Shown here piece after piece: positions 32,097-41,421 of a stretch of 64,000 bases of DNA. The stretch lies in the NCBI GenBank assembly GCA_963778955.1, contig CAVZWI010000001.1:480697-544696 (forward strand), read 5' to 3'. Made by a program: the position numbers and the translations under genes. The stretch is from an uncultured Chloroflexia bacterium. GTDB lineage: Bacteria; Chloroflexota; Limnocylindria; Limnocylindrales; CSP1-4. Below the pieces are notes generated by a model. The model ran no database searches. It was not told where the DNA came from and was given only the letters and a program-made list of their open reading frames with translations. Numbering within the stretch: position 1 is the first letter of the stretch; each line of letters starts with the position of its first letter.

Positions 32097-33437
32097 TCAG
32101 ATGCCGAGCGCCACCTCAACGGCACCCAATGTCTCCTCACTGTCGGCCGCCAGTACGAGTACTGGAGAGGATAGACCTCCCGCGATATCGGCATCCGTGA
32201 CGGAGTGCGCACCGGGCAAGTCCTTCATGGCATCCCGCGCGGCTTGATGGAACTCCTTCTGGTCGGCTCCGGTGTCCCAGTCGGTCTGCCAGACCACGGC
32301 CCAGGCACCATCCGGACCATCCAGGCTTAGTAATCGATCGCCGCCCCAACCAGCCGCCGCGGAGGCATTCGGCAGTTGTCCGGGCAGGCCCGGGAACAAC
32401 GACTGGCGCTTCTTGCCGTCTGCCACCCACACGCCGATCTGCATCTCGCCCAGGGTCTGCTGATAGCTGGTCGACCAGTCGGCACCGAGGGTCGCGCCGA
32501 CGTCCGGCAGGACGATCTCGACAGGTACCTCATCGGGATACAACTCGGGGTGCAGGATCTGCTCGGTCGAGACCGGCTGTGCATCCCACGCCTGATCGAC
32601 CGCTGCCCAGTCGCCTCGACCACGCACTGCCATCACATACGCGTAACCGTCGAGGTAGGGGAACTCAAGCTGTCGCTGCAGGATCATCGGCATGCGTTCC
32701 AGCGCCTTCTGGTCCTGCTTCGTAATCAATTCTGCCGAGACGCGCAGCAGGTCGGTCAGCTTGAGCTCACGAGTCGCCCAGTCATACATCACCGCGGTGG
32801 CATCGCCCTCGATGAGGGCCTGTTGGGCGAGGATGGCGTCCGACTGATCGAGGTCATCGATGCGGCGACCCTCCAAGTCCCACTGGGCATCCTGAAGTGC
32901 ATGATCATATTCATGTGCGACGACGATGGACTCCAGCGCCCCGATCTTGTCGATGGGACCGATGAGCGAGAACGTCTTGGTCAGCGGGTCGTAGTAGGCC
33001 AGCACCTGGCTGTCGTAGATCGAGAGGATGAGCGCTTCAAGGTCGTCATCCGGCCCCAGGAGACCAAGGCGCGTGAAGGCCGCGTCCTCAGCCTGGACGT
33101 AGGCATCGCTGTACTCAGCGCGGAACAGGGCGCGCAACTCATCGAGGAAGGCCTGGCTGTCGATGACGCGATAGGCGACGCCCTCGGCCGGCGGCAGCCC
33201 ACGCACGGGATGGACGCTACCGATGATCTGACCGACCCTCTTCGCCATCTTGGCGTCGAAGCCTTCCGGCAGAGGCGTCGCCACGGCCGCGAGGCTGGCC
33301 TGGGGCGAGGGCGAAGTGTCCTGGGCGCTGGCGAGCCCGACTCCGACCGATGCCAGCAGCACGACTGACAAGAGTGCCGCCGGAAGGAAGAGGCGATGGC
33401 CAGAGCATAGGTGCAGAGCGTGATCGAGTGGTGCCAT
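32097..33437 (-). CDS. secreted putative zinc metallopeptidase (HExxH...E), paralogous to the C-terminus of the giant PASTA protein
   Basis: Signal-like LLSVVLLASVGVGLASA; LAYYDP, AHEYDHALQD, ALIEGDAT, FPYLDG, PVSTEQILHP, AAGWGGDR, WQTDWD. Confidence 0.82.
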   Translation of the reverse strand: MAPLDHALHLCSGHRLFLPAALLSVVLLASVGVGLASAQDTSPSPQASLAAVATPLPEGFDAKMAKRVGQIIGSVHPVRGLPPAEGVAYRVIDSQAFLDELRALFRAEYSDAYVQAEDAAFTRLGLLGPDDDLEALILSIYDSQVLAYYDPLTKTFSLIGPIDKIGALESIVVAHEYDHALQDAQWDLEGRRIDDLDQSDAILAQQALIEGDATAVMYDWATRELKLTDLLRVSAELITKQDQKALERMPMILQRQLEFPYLDGYAYVMAVRGRGDWAAVDQAWDAQPVSTEQILHPELYPDEVPVEIVLPDVGATLGADWSTSYQQTLGEMQIGVWVADGKKRQSLFPGLPGQLPNASAAAGWGGDRLLSLDGPDGAWAVVWQTDWDTGADQKEFHQAARDAMKDLPGAHSVTDADIAGGLSSPVLVLAADSEETLGAVEVALGI

Positions 33438-33570
33438 GGGTCTGCATTCTGCCAGCCGGACGCGACTACCACCAGCGGAGGCCATCTCCGAGTCCCCGGA
33501 ATACCGATGAGATGTGCGTTTCTTCATCATTCGAGGTCTGGTGCCTTCACGCTCGACAGCTAGAGTTCTC

Positions 33571-33663
33571 GGCACGGAACCGTGAAGCCAACCTTCTCAG
33601 TTCCCTCTCCCTCCCTCTGGAACGAGGGGCGCTGATTGGGCAGGCGCCCCTCGTTCCTTCTTT
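33571..33663 (+). ncRNA. candidate small RNA or attenuator with a C/U-rich linker and an intrinsic terminator
   Basis: TAGAGT -10-like at 33561; 5' hairpin GGCACGG-AA-CCGTGaaGCC; linker TTCCCTCTCCCTCCCTCT; 14-bp stem 33619-33657 followed by TTCTTT. Confidence 0.45.
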
Positions 33664-33726
33664 GAATCTCTCGTTCCTTCGGTCTTGTCGCTGTGACGAG
33701 CGGGCGCCTGTGGCACCATCGCGTCC

Positions 33727-34413
33727 ATGGAAATCACCTGGTATGGCGGCTCATGCGTTCGTCTCAAGGGACGTGAGGGGGTCGTCGCCGCAGACCCGTT
33801 CCGGTCGATCGCTGGGCCTACCGGACGTGGTCTCACCGCGGATATCGTCTCGTACGGCCACCCCGATGAGTCGGTGGCAGAGGGTCGTGGCAGCAAGGCC
33901 AAGACCGGCGTCACTTCGCGACTACTGGGCGTGCCGTTGCCGACCAGTCTGGAGAACGCATTCGTACTCGATTCACCGGGCGAGTACGAAGTCCACGATG
34001 TCATGACGACCGGCGTGCGCACGTTCCGTGACGATGAACAGGGCGCGGCGCAGGGGTCGAGCACCGCATACGTCTATGAGCTCGACGGCGTCTACGCCGC
34101 CCACCTCGGCGCCATCGGGCATCGCCTCGATCAGGACACCATCCGTGAGCTTGGCCACGTGGATGTGCTCTGCCTGGGCATCGGGCCACAGCTCAGCGCC
34201 GCGACCGCAGCTGAGATCGTCGGCCAGCTCGATGCCCACATGGTGGTACCGATGCCACTCAGCGATGCCGCGGTCGGACCGGGGGCTGACCTTGAGAAGT
34301 TCCTCAAGGAGATGAGCGTGCCCGATCTGCAGTCGGTCAGCAGCCTGAAGGTAACCATCTCGACGATCCCCAACGAAACGACTGTCGTCCTGCTGGAGCA
34401 GCGCGGCCGCTGA
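33727..34413 (+). CDS. MBL-fold protein (Lactamase_B_3-like), metal motifs partly degenerate
   Basis: MEITWYGGSCVRLKG, DPF, ADIV, DSPGEYEV, AHLGAIG, VVPM. Confidence 0.82.
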   Translation: MEITWYGGSCVRLKGREGVVAADPFRSIAGPTGRGLTADIVSYGHPDESVAEGRGSKAKTGVTSRLLGVPLPTSLENAFVLDSPGEYEVHDVMTTGVRTFRDDEQGAAQGSSTAYVYELDGVYAAHLGAIGHRLDQDTIRELGHVDVLCLGIGPQLSAATAAEIVGQLDAHMVVPMPLSDAAVGPGADLEKFLKEMSVPDLQSVSSLKVTISTIPNETTVVLLEQRGR

Positions 34414-34434
34414 CGGCGCCCTTGCCGGGCTCCC

Positions 34435-35449
34435 CTATCCTTCGGGGCTAACGTCCTGGCCTGTGCCGGCGATCCTGGAGCGCGCACGAGCCTGTTCCAG
34501 GCGGACCTCCAGGATCATGTCGGGATCGAAGCGGCGGATGCGCAGCCAAGCGGCTGCCTCGGTGACACGGCGCTCGGCCGGATGGAAGGTGCTCGAGCCG
34601 ATGTGGTCGGCCACCTCGACCAGGGCAGCCGCGGGGAGCAAGCCGACGAGCTCGGAATCGAGCACGCTCACGTGTTCCTCGGCAGCGAGTCGCTGGGCTT
34701 CTTCCCAAACACGCCACAGTGGCGTGCGCTGATGATCGAGGATGTTCATCGACAGCTGCGTGCAGCCCTGGGAGATCGAGGCCGATCCCCAGCGCTTGGA
34801 CGGCGGCAAGGCCGCCGTCGCGTTCACGGATGCGAGCCGCCATTCGGCGAGCGACGGCGACATCGGTCGTGGATAACTGGAGGTTGAAGGCGATGAGGAA
34901 CGGCCGCACGCCGACGGCGGTCGCACCTGCGGTCGGGTGTGGAGATGAAGGCCCGAAGTCAGGTTTGCCCTCAGGGCGGGCCATGGCCGCGGCCAGGCCT
35001 TCGAACCCAGGCCGACGGATCGCTGTCAGAACCCGCCGTTCCGGCCACTGGGCGGCCGCGGCGTAGAGGTACACGGGCAACTCGAACCGCTCGGCGAGAC
35101 GCTCCGCGAACTCACGCGCGCCGTCCACACATTGGGCCACGGTGGTGTCACCAAGGGGCACGAAGGGAATGACATCCACAGCCCCGATGCGGGGGTGCAG
35201 GCCGCGATGTTGGCGCATGTCGATGCGTTGGATGGCAGTCTCGACCGCGGATCCCATGGTGACCATGACGCGTCCCGGAAACCCTGCCAGCGTGAACACG
35301 CTGCGATCGTGGTCAGGGTCACTGGTCCGATCGAGCAGCCAGCTGCCGGCCTGCCGCTCGATGGCGGCGCCGATGGCATCGAGCGTCTGCAGGTTCGTGC
35401 CCTCGCTGAAGTTGGGTACGCACTCCACGAGACTTTCGAAGCGGTCCAT
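34435..35449 (-). CDS. ftcD: glutamate formimidoyltransferase, frameshift near 34780
   Basis: LVECVPNFSEG, DPDHDRSVFT, HPRIGAVDVIPFVPL, LPVYLY, HPTAGATAVG, LIAFN; QLSMNILD...SELVGLLP in the second frame. Confidence 0.92.
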
Positions 35450-35476
35450 CCAAAGGATGGTAGGCGAGCGGCGCGA

Positions 35477-36233
35477 CTAGTCGAGTTCGCGACGCAACAC
35501 CGGAAAGCGCTCATCGTGGATAGCCGACTCGAACCCGCAAGCTTCCCAGAATGCCGGCGTTGCGGTGGATGCCTCATCGACCCCAAGGGTCAAGTCGGGG
35601 TAGGCCTCGACAGCCGCGAAGCCGCGCGCGGCCAGATCTTCGACGACCGCCTCCACGAGCGTGCGACCGAACCCTTCGCCACGCGCCACGGACGTCGTCG
35701 CGATACAGGTGATGACCGCCGGTAAGGGCGAGCTGGGCAATCGCGGGTACAACTCCCGGATGTGCTGCGCACGCGGATAGGCCGAGAGCGGGCCGAACTG
35801 CGCGAAGGCCACCGGCGCACCTCCACAAATCAGGATCTTGGCGTAGGACCCGAAGACCGCCCGGCCGCGAGCGAGCAGACGCAGCTTGCTCGGGGCAGCG
35901 GCCATCGGAGCCTCGGAATCGACCTCCCGAACCGGCGCGAACGGGTTAAAGTCGGGCACCTCGGAACTCCCGGGGGTCGCGAATGGGTTGAAGTCGTCGT
36001 CCGTGCGAAGCGGAGCTGCGAACGGATTATCGGAATGCAGCCGAGGTGTCTGTCTGGGCGTTGCCGCGGCTGGCTTCCACCAGGACGCCCGGGCAGCCTT
36101 GGATCCGTGGATTCTCGTCTTCCCAGTAGTCACAGCTGCGATGATCGAATCGCGGATCAGCGCACGGCGGGAGCAGGGCGAACATGGAGTCGTCGGCGAC
36201 GTCGCGGATCTCGATGTCGGCGGGTCTGGTCAC
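35477..36233 (-). CDS. GNAT-family acetyltransferase with an NPF-repeat insertion, frameshift near 36110
   Basis: CDYWE; AFAQFGP; ITCI...ARGEGFGRTLVEAV (motif A); AVEAYP; FWEACGF. Confidence 0.78.
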
Positions 36234-36252
36234 ACCAGACAGTGTAGGCGGC

Positions 36253-36967
36253 TTAGACCCCGAAACGGAGGCTGTCAGCGATCTCGTCGAACATGGCTTC
36301 GACATCTTCACTGACGTCCGCGCCCGCGATGAAGTTCACCAGGTAGGCCTGACGGCCAAACCGGAAGAGATACGAACGCACGCTCAACTCACCGAGGTCA
36401 GGGTCATCGATGGTGTAGTCGTAGCGGACCGCCTTGGCTGCATTCAGGACGACGTCATGAGCGGAGATGGGCTGGCTCGTGAGACCCGGAAGGCCGATGA
36501 TCTGCTCGCGGACGTGCGACTTGACCTCCCTGGCCCGCATGCCCAGGGTGGGCTGGGCAAGCACGACCAGCATCGGTGACGATTTCACTCTCGCTGATCC
36601 CGCTGACGGCGATCGCGCTGAGGCGCACATCGCTGGCGTCGATCACCGCGCCGATCCGGGTCGCCAATCCCGGCATGCTCAGCCCGATGGCCGAGAGCAA
36701 CTCGGCAGATCGGTCCGCATCGATGGCCACGGCGATCCAGCCCGGTGGTAGGTCCAGGGCATAGCCATCAGGATGTGGCCACCACGTCGGTACCTCACTG
36801 CCGGCGGCAAGAGGTACGTCAGTCCCGACCGCCGGCGAGGACAGAGGAGCCTGGTCGGGGCCGAGCATGGCTTGGATCACGGCGTTCGTCGGCGCACTGC
36901 AGCCTCCGGCGATGAGGCCGACGAGTGCGAGGACGAGGAAGCCGACTGGGGTGTTCCGGCGCGTCAT
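36253..36967 (-). CDS. putative lipoprotein, frameshift near 36580
   Basis: MTRRNTPVGFLVLALVGLIAGGC lipobox; GYALDLPPGW; C-terminal FDEIADSLRF (PsbP/DcrB-like pattern). Confidence 0.65.
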
Positions 36968-37096
36968 CTGGGCCACAGGATGCCCCAGAACTCGTGAATC
37001 TGCAGGCGATCGATAGGCCCAGCCAAGAGGTGACCGATGCCTCATCCGACCTGGCTATCGGTGACTGCTATAGTCGACTGACATCACGCAGATAGA

Positions 37097-37257
<161 letters not shown>

Positions 37258-37373
37258 ACCGCCGACCTCGTGTCGGCCGCGGTCGCACTTGGGGTGCGGA
37301 CGACCCGTATACCGGGCACACGTGCTCCCCTCCTCTTCGCATTCCTCGATGGTGTGGCTGGAGGTCACACCGG

Positions 37374-38147
37374 TTGGATGCCATCGAGCTCCGGGGAGTC
37401 TCGCGAAGCTTTGACATCAAGGGCGCACGCCTGATCGCCCTCGAAGGCATCGACCTGCGCGTGGCGGAGCATGAGATCGTCGCCGTCGTCGGGCCCAACG
37501 GCTGCGGCAAGTCCACGCTGCTGCGTGTCATCAGCGGATTGTTGCCACCTGACCGTGGGACGGTGCTGGCTTTCGACTCGACGGTGGCAGGCATCGACCC
37601 TCGTGTCGGACTGGTGTTCCAGGAGCCTCGCCTGCTGCCCTGGCGCGACGTGCTGGGCAACGTCGCCTTTCCGCTCGAGCTGGCGGGCGTCAAACGCGAC
37701 GACCGTGAGCAGCGAGCACGATCGGCGTTGCGGTTGACCGGGCTGGAGACGTTCACCGAGGCTTACCCCGACCAGCTCTCGGGCGGCATGGCACAACGCG
37801 CAGCACTGGCCCGTGCTCTGGCGCCGGAGCCGGACGTGCTCCTGCTCGATGAGCCTTTCAGCGCGCTCGACGCCATGACGCGCGAGCGACTCGACAGCGA
37901 GCTGCTTTCGTTGTGGGGCAAGACGGGAACGACCATCGTGCTGGTGACGCACAGCATCTCCGAAGCGGTGTTCGTCTCTGATCGCGTGCTGGTGATGTCA
38001 CCGCGACCGGGTCGTATCGTGGCCGAGGTGCCCGTCCTGGCACCGCGCCCGCGCAACCTCGCGGACGGCGGAGCCTCGATGTTCAGTTCCGCGGCAGATG
38101 AGGTCCGACGGATCCTGTCGGGGACCGAGTCGGAGGTGGCGGCGTGA
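37374..38147 (+). CDS. ABC transporter ATP-binding subunit (NitT/TauT type), probably riboflavin uptake
   Basis: GPNGCGKST, LSGGMAQR, LLLDEPF, VTH; downstream of the FMN riboswitch. Confidence 0.92.
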   Translation: MDAIELRGVSRSFDIKGARLIALEGIDLRVAEHEIVAVVGPNGCGKSTLLRVISGLLPPDRGTVLAFDSTVAGIDPRVGLVFQEPRLLPWRDVLGNVAFPLELAGVKRDDREQRARSALRLTGLETFTEAYPDQLSGGMAQRAALARALAPEPDVLLLDEPFSALDAMTRERLDSELLSLWGKTGTTIVLVTHSISEAVFVSDRVLVMSPRPGRIVAEVPVLAPRPRNLADGGASMFSSAADEVRRILSGTESEVAA

Positions 38148-38926
38148 CGGCCGAAGCGCCGCCACTGTGGCGACGTGCCTTGCATGACCTCCTTCCGGTA
38201 TTGGCGGCGGCGATCATCTTCGTCCTGGCCTGGGCTGCCGTCGTGATCATCGGCGACTATCCCACCTACATCCTTCCTGGCCCGCTGGTCGTGGCCGAAC
38301 GCTTCGCCAACGGTTGGCTGGAGGGCACCATCCTGTCCCACTTCCTGACCACGCTGGCCGAGGTCCTGTTGGGCCTCCTTGTCGGTGGCAGCACCGGCAT
38401 CCTGACCGGCATCCTGCTGGCACGATCGCGATTGGCGGCACGCATGCTTTCGCCCTACATCGTGGCGGCACAGGCCACACCGATCCTGGCCTTGGCTCCA
38501 CTCATCGCCCTGTGGTTCGGCACGGGTCTGGGGAGCCGCGTGCTCATTTGCGCGCTCATCTGCTTCTTCCCCATCGCCGTGGGTACGATGGTCGGCATCC
38601 GCTCGGTGGACCCTCGACTGGTCGAGCTCGGCCGGAGTCTGCGCGCTACGCGATCGCAGAGGCTGGTCCACATCGAAGTGCCCTCAGCCCTGCCTCAGAT
38701 CATGGGGAGCATGCGCATCGGCGTCACGCTCGCTGTGGTCGGTGCCATCGTGGCCGAATGGGCGGGTGGCGACCGTGGCCTGGGCGTGCTCATCAACCTC
38801 GCTCGCGGCAGCATGTTCGACATCCCGTTGATGTTCGCCACGCTGTTCACCATCGCCCTCATGGGCGTTGCCCTGTACCTGATCGTCGTCGCCATCGAGC
38901 GACGCCTGGTCAGGACTCACACCTGA
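38144..38926 (+). CDS. ribX: ABC permease, RibX-like
   Basis: QATPILALAPL, PSALPQI, GAIVAEW; operon context. Confidence 0.75.
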   Translation: MTAEAPPLWRRALHDLLPVLAAAIIFVLAWAAVVIIGDYPTYILPGPLVVAERFANGWLEGTILSHFLTTLAEVLLGLLVGGSTGILTGILLARSRLAARMLSPYIVAAQATPILALAPLIALWFGTGLGSRVLICALICFFPIAVGTMVGIRSVDPRLVELGRSLRATRSQRLVHIEVPSALPQIMGSMRIGVTLAVVGAIVAEWAGGDRGLGVLINLARGSMFDIPLMFATLFTIALMGVALYLIVVAIERRLVRTHT

Positions 38927-38952
38927 GATCGCGAAAGGAACACACGGTCACC

Positions 38953-39984
38953 ATGTCACACCTCCTCCGACCCAGCCGCATACTCGGCGGGGCGGCCATC
39001 ACCCTCACGACACTCGTGACGCTCGGCGTGTCAGGCATCTCGGCGCAGTCGGCGACGCCCATCGACGGAACGGCCACGCCCCTGACCGTTGGCCTGGGAT
39101 ACATCCCGAGCGTCCAGTTCGCACAGTTCTATCTCGCTGAGGAGGCCGGCTACTACGATGACGCCGGGCTGGACGTGACGTTCCAGAACAAGATCGACCC
39201 GGAGCTCATCACCCTGCTCGCCCAGGGATCGATCGATATCGGCATGGCCGATGGCACCAGCCTCATTCCGGCCGTCAGCCAGGGCATCCCGGTGGTCTAC
39301 GGCGCCACCATCTACGCCAGAGACCCCAATGTCGTCTTCTCGCTGGCCGACAGCGGGATCGAGACCGTGGCGGATCTGGAGGGCAGGTCGATCGGCGTCC
39401 CCGGACGCTACGGGTCGTCGTGGGTGGCCCTGCAGGCACTCCTTCAGACCGCCGGCCTTGGTCCAGACGACGTCGACATCGTGATCTATCCCGACTTCGG
39501 TCAGAGCGTGGCGGTAGCCCAGGGACAGGTCGACGCCGCCACCGGTTTCGTCACCAACGAACCGGTCCAGCTGCGACTTCAAGGACTCAAGGTCAACGAG
39601 CTTCGCGTGGACGACTTCGCGCGCCTCCCGGGACCGGGCCTGGTGACGGGCCGTGAGACGCTGGCAGCGAAGAGCGATGCCCTCCGAGCGTTCACGGCCG
39701 CGACCGTGCGAGCGATGGAAGCCATCGCCGCGAATCCGCAGTCGGGGCTCGACGCGACCTTTGCGCGTGTGCCGGAGCTAGCCAGTGAGCCTGAGACGCA
39801 GCTCGCCATCCTCGAAGCGACGATCGGCGTATGGGGCAGCGACTACACCGCCGAGCACGGCTTCGGCAGCGTCGACCGCGCGGCTTGGCAGTCGGGTATC
39901 GATATCATGACCTCACTGCCCGATTCGGTCGTGGCCGGGACCGTGACGGTCGACGACCTCGTCACCGACGCGCTGCAGCCTTGA
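38953..39984 (+). CDS. ribY: ABC substrate-binding protein, RibY-like (NMT1/THI5 family)
   Basis: LGYIPSVQFAQFYLA...GLDVTF, PGRYGSSW, FVTNEPVQL; signal peptide. Confidence 0.78.
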   Translation: MSHLLRPSRILGGAAITLTTLVTLGVSGISAQSATPIDGTATPLTVGLGYIPSVQFAQFYLAEEAGYYDDAGLDVTFQNKIDPELITLLAQGSIDIGMADGTSLIPAVSQGIPVVYGATIYARDPNVVFSLADSGIETVADLEGRSIGVPGRYGSSWVALQALLQTAGLGPDDVDIVIYPDFGQSVAVAQGQVDAATGFVTNEPVQLRLQGLKVNELRVDDFARLPGPGLVTGRETLAAKSDALRAFTAATVRAMEAIAANPQSGLDATFARVPELASEPETQLAILEATIGVWGSDYTAEHGFGSVDRAAWQSGIDIMTSLPDSVVAGTVTVDDLVTDALQP

Positions 39985-40004
39985 CGATGGCCGATACTGG
40001 GGGC

Positions 40005-40193
40005 ATGTCTGATGTCGACGCGGCGCATACGCCTGCCACGGATGAGCAAGCCGATCATGTGTCCGGACACGGCCATGCGCCCGCCGGAGAGCCGCTCGGT
40101 CCGGTAGACCTGCGGGCGTGGGCATACGCGATCGCGGGTGGCGCTGTCGGTCTGGTGGTCGCGGTCGCCCTGTTCGTCGCTCGCGGCAGTTGA
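40005..40193 (+). CDS. small membrane protein
   Basis: MSDVDAAH...GHGH...EPLGPVDLRAWAYAIAGGAVGLVVAVALFVARGS. Confidence 0.55.
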   Translation: MSDVDAAHTPATDEQADHVSGHGHAPAGEPLGPVDLRAWAYAIAGGAVGLVVAVALFVARGS

Positions 40194-40234
40194 ATTGCGC
40201 CGGCGACCGGGTGAGCCGCAAACGACTCGCCGGG

Positions 40235-40897
40235 CTACGCGCTCTCAGGCGGACGCAGGCTGCCTTTGGCGACCCGCTCACGCGCGCGATCGGTGGTGCT
40301 CTGGATCTGCTGTAGGCGCTGACTGAGTTCAGCGCTCATGGCGCCGGCGAAGCCTTCATCTCCGACCGAGCCGAGGTTCGCGGCCACATTGGCCCCGGCA
40401 GAGCGAGCGGCGCTCTCCAGCAGCAGGGCAGCCACCTCGAGATCGCTGGCGACGTTGAGATTGGTGCGACCGGCTAGCCGTTCGACCAGGCTGATCTGGG
40501 CATGACAGGCCTTGACGATGGCGAGTGGCACGTCCGTTGCCTGACGAGCAGCGGCGCGAGTGGCTTCGGCGCGGACGGCGTCCTCGGCCTCGGTCTCATG
40601 TGGCATCCGCCTCGCCGAACGAAAGGTGTCGTAGGCCTCGGCGTCCTCATCCGCCAAGGCGAGGAAGTGTGCCCGTGCGGCGTCCGCGGCATCGAGGGCC
40701 TCGCGATGCAGTGCCGAATACTCGGCATATCTGGGACGATCGAGTGACAGACGTACGACCATGGCGGTGAGGCTGGCGGCAAGCGCCCCCGCCACAGCGG
40801 CCGCTGCGCCACCGCCCGGGGTCGGCTGCTCGGACGCCAGGGCCCCGGTGAACTCAGCGAGCGAAGCAGAGGCGGTCATGTGTGTCGCGTCACTCAT
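40235..40897 (-). CDS. formiminotetrahydrofolate cyclodeaminase/methenyl-THF cyclohydrolase (FTCD_C)
   Basis: LASEQPTPGGGAAAA, LADEDAEAY, VPL, NLNVASDL, NVAANL. Confidence 0.88.
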   Translation of the reverse strand: MSDATHMTASASLAEFTGALASEQPTPGGGAAAAVAGALAASLTAMVVRLSLDRPRYAEYSALHREALDAADAARAHFLALADEDAEAYDTFRSARRMPHETEAEDAVRAEATRAAARQATDVPLAIVKACHAQISLVERLAGRTNLNVASDLEVAALLLESAARSAGANVAANLGSVGDEGFAGAMSAELSQRLQQIQSTTDRARERVAKGSLRPPESA

Positions 40898-40960
40898 CGG
40901 TGGCATTCTCGCACGATACGCGGGTGCCCTTGACTGGGACAGCCGGTTCCCGGGTACGCT

Positions 40961-41236
40961 TCAGGCGGCCTCCGCGAGGTGACTTGCCACCGGGACGGCC
41001 AACTCTTCGACCGTCCAGCGCCGTTTCCGCAGCAGATGGACGAGTCGATAGCGGCGACCCGATGCCTCGATGACGAAGACCCGCCGTGGCCCGGACCCCA
41101 GCGGATAGGCAGCGATCTCGTCGCGGATCGATTCGAGGCGGGTCACCGGGATGCGCTCACCAGCGGTGCGGACCTCACGTGGGCGTCCGGCCTGATCCAG
41201 GGCGACCGTGGTGTTGGTGGCGTTGAAGTGGAACAT
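40961..41236 (-). CDS. small SOS-regulated protein, DUF6504-like
   Basis: 91 aa, GRP...V...E...RRVF...YRL...W pattern; AGAGGAG RBS; two LexA boxes upstream. Confidence 0.65.
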   Translation of the reverse strand: MFHFNATNTTVALDQAGRPREVRTAGERIPVTRLESIRDEIAAYPLGSGPRRVFVIEASGRRYRLVHLLRKRRWTVEELAVPVASHLAEAA

Positions 41237-41291
41237 GGCGTTGGCTCCTCTGTGGGAACGACACGGCCGAGGGCAAATCCGGACCGAACGT

Positions 41292-41348
41292 CGAACATCT
41301 GTTCTGTTGCGGCCACGAGATGCTATCGAACACCTGTTCTAGTGTCAA
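41292..41348 (-). promoter_or_regulatory. sigma70 promoter with two LexA (SOS) boxes
   Basis: CGAACATCTGTTCT 41292-41305 and CGAACACCTGTTCT 41327-41340; - strand TTGACA(41348-41343)-N17-TAGCAT(41325-41320). Confidence 0.88.
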
Positions 41349-41421
41349 GCCCCTAGCACCGGCCGGAAACGACCATCGACCCCGGTCGTGCCAACTCCCA
41401 TGTCACAGCCGGTCGACGAGC

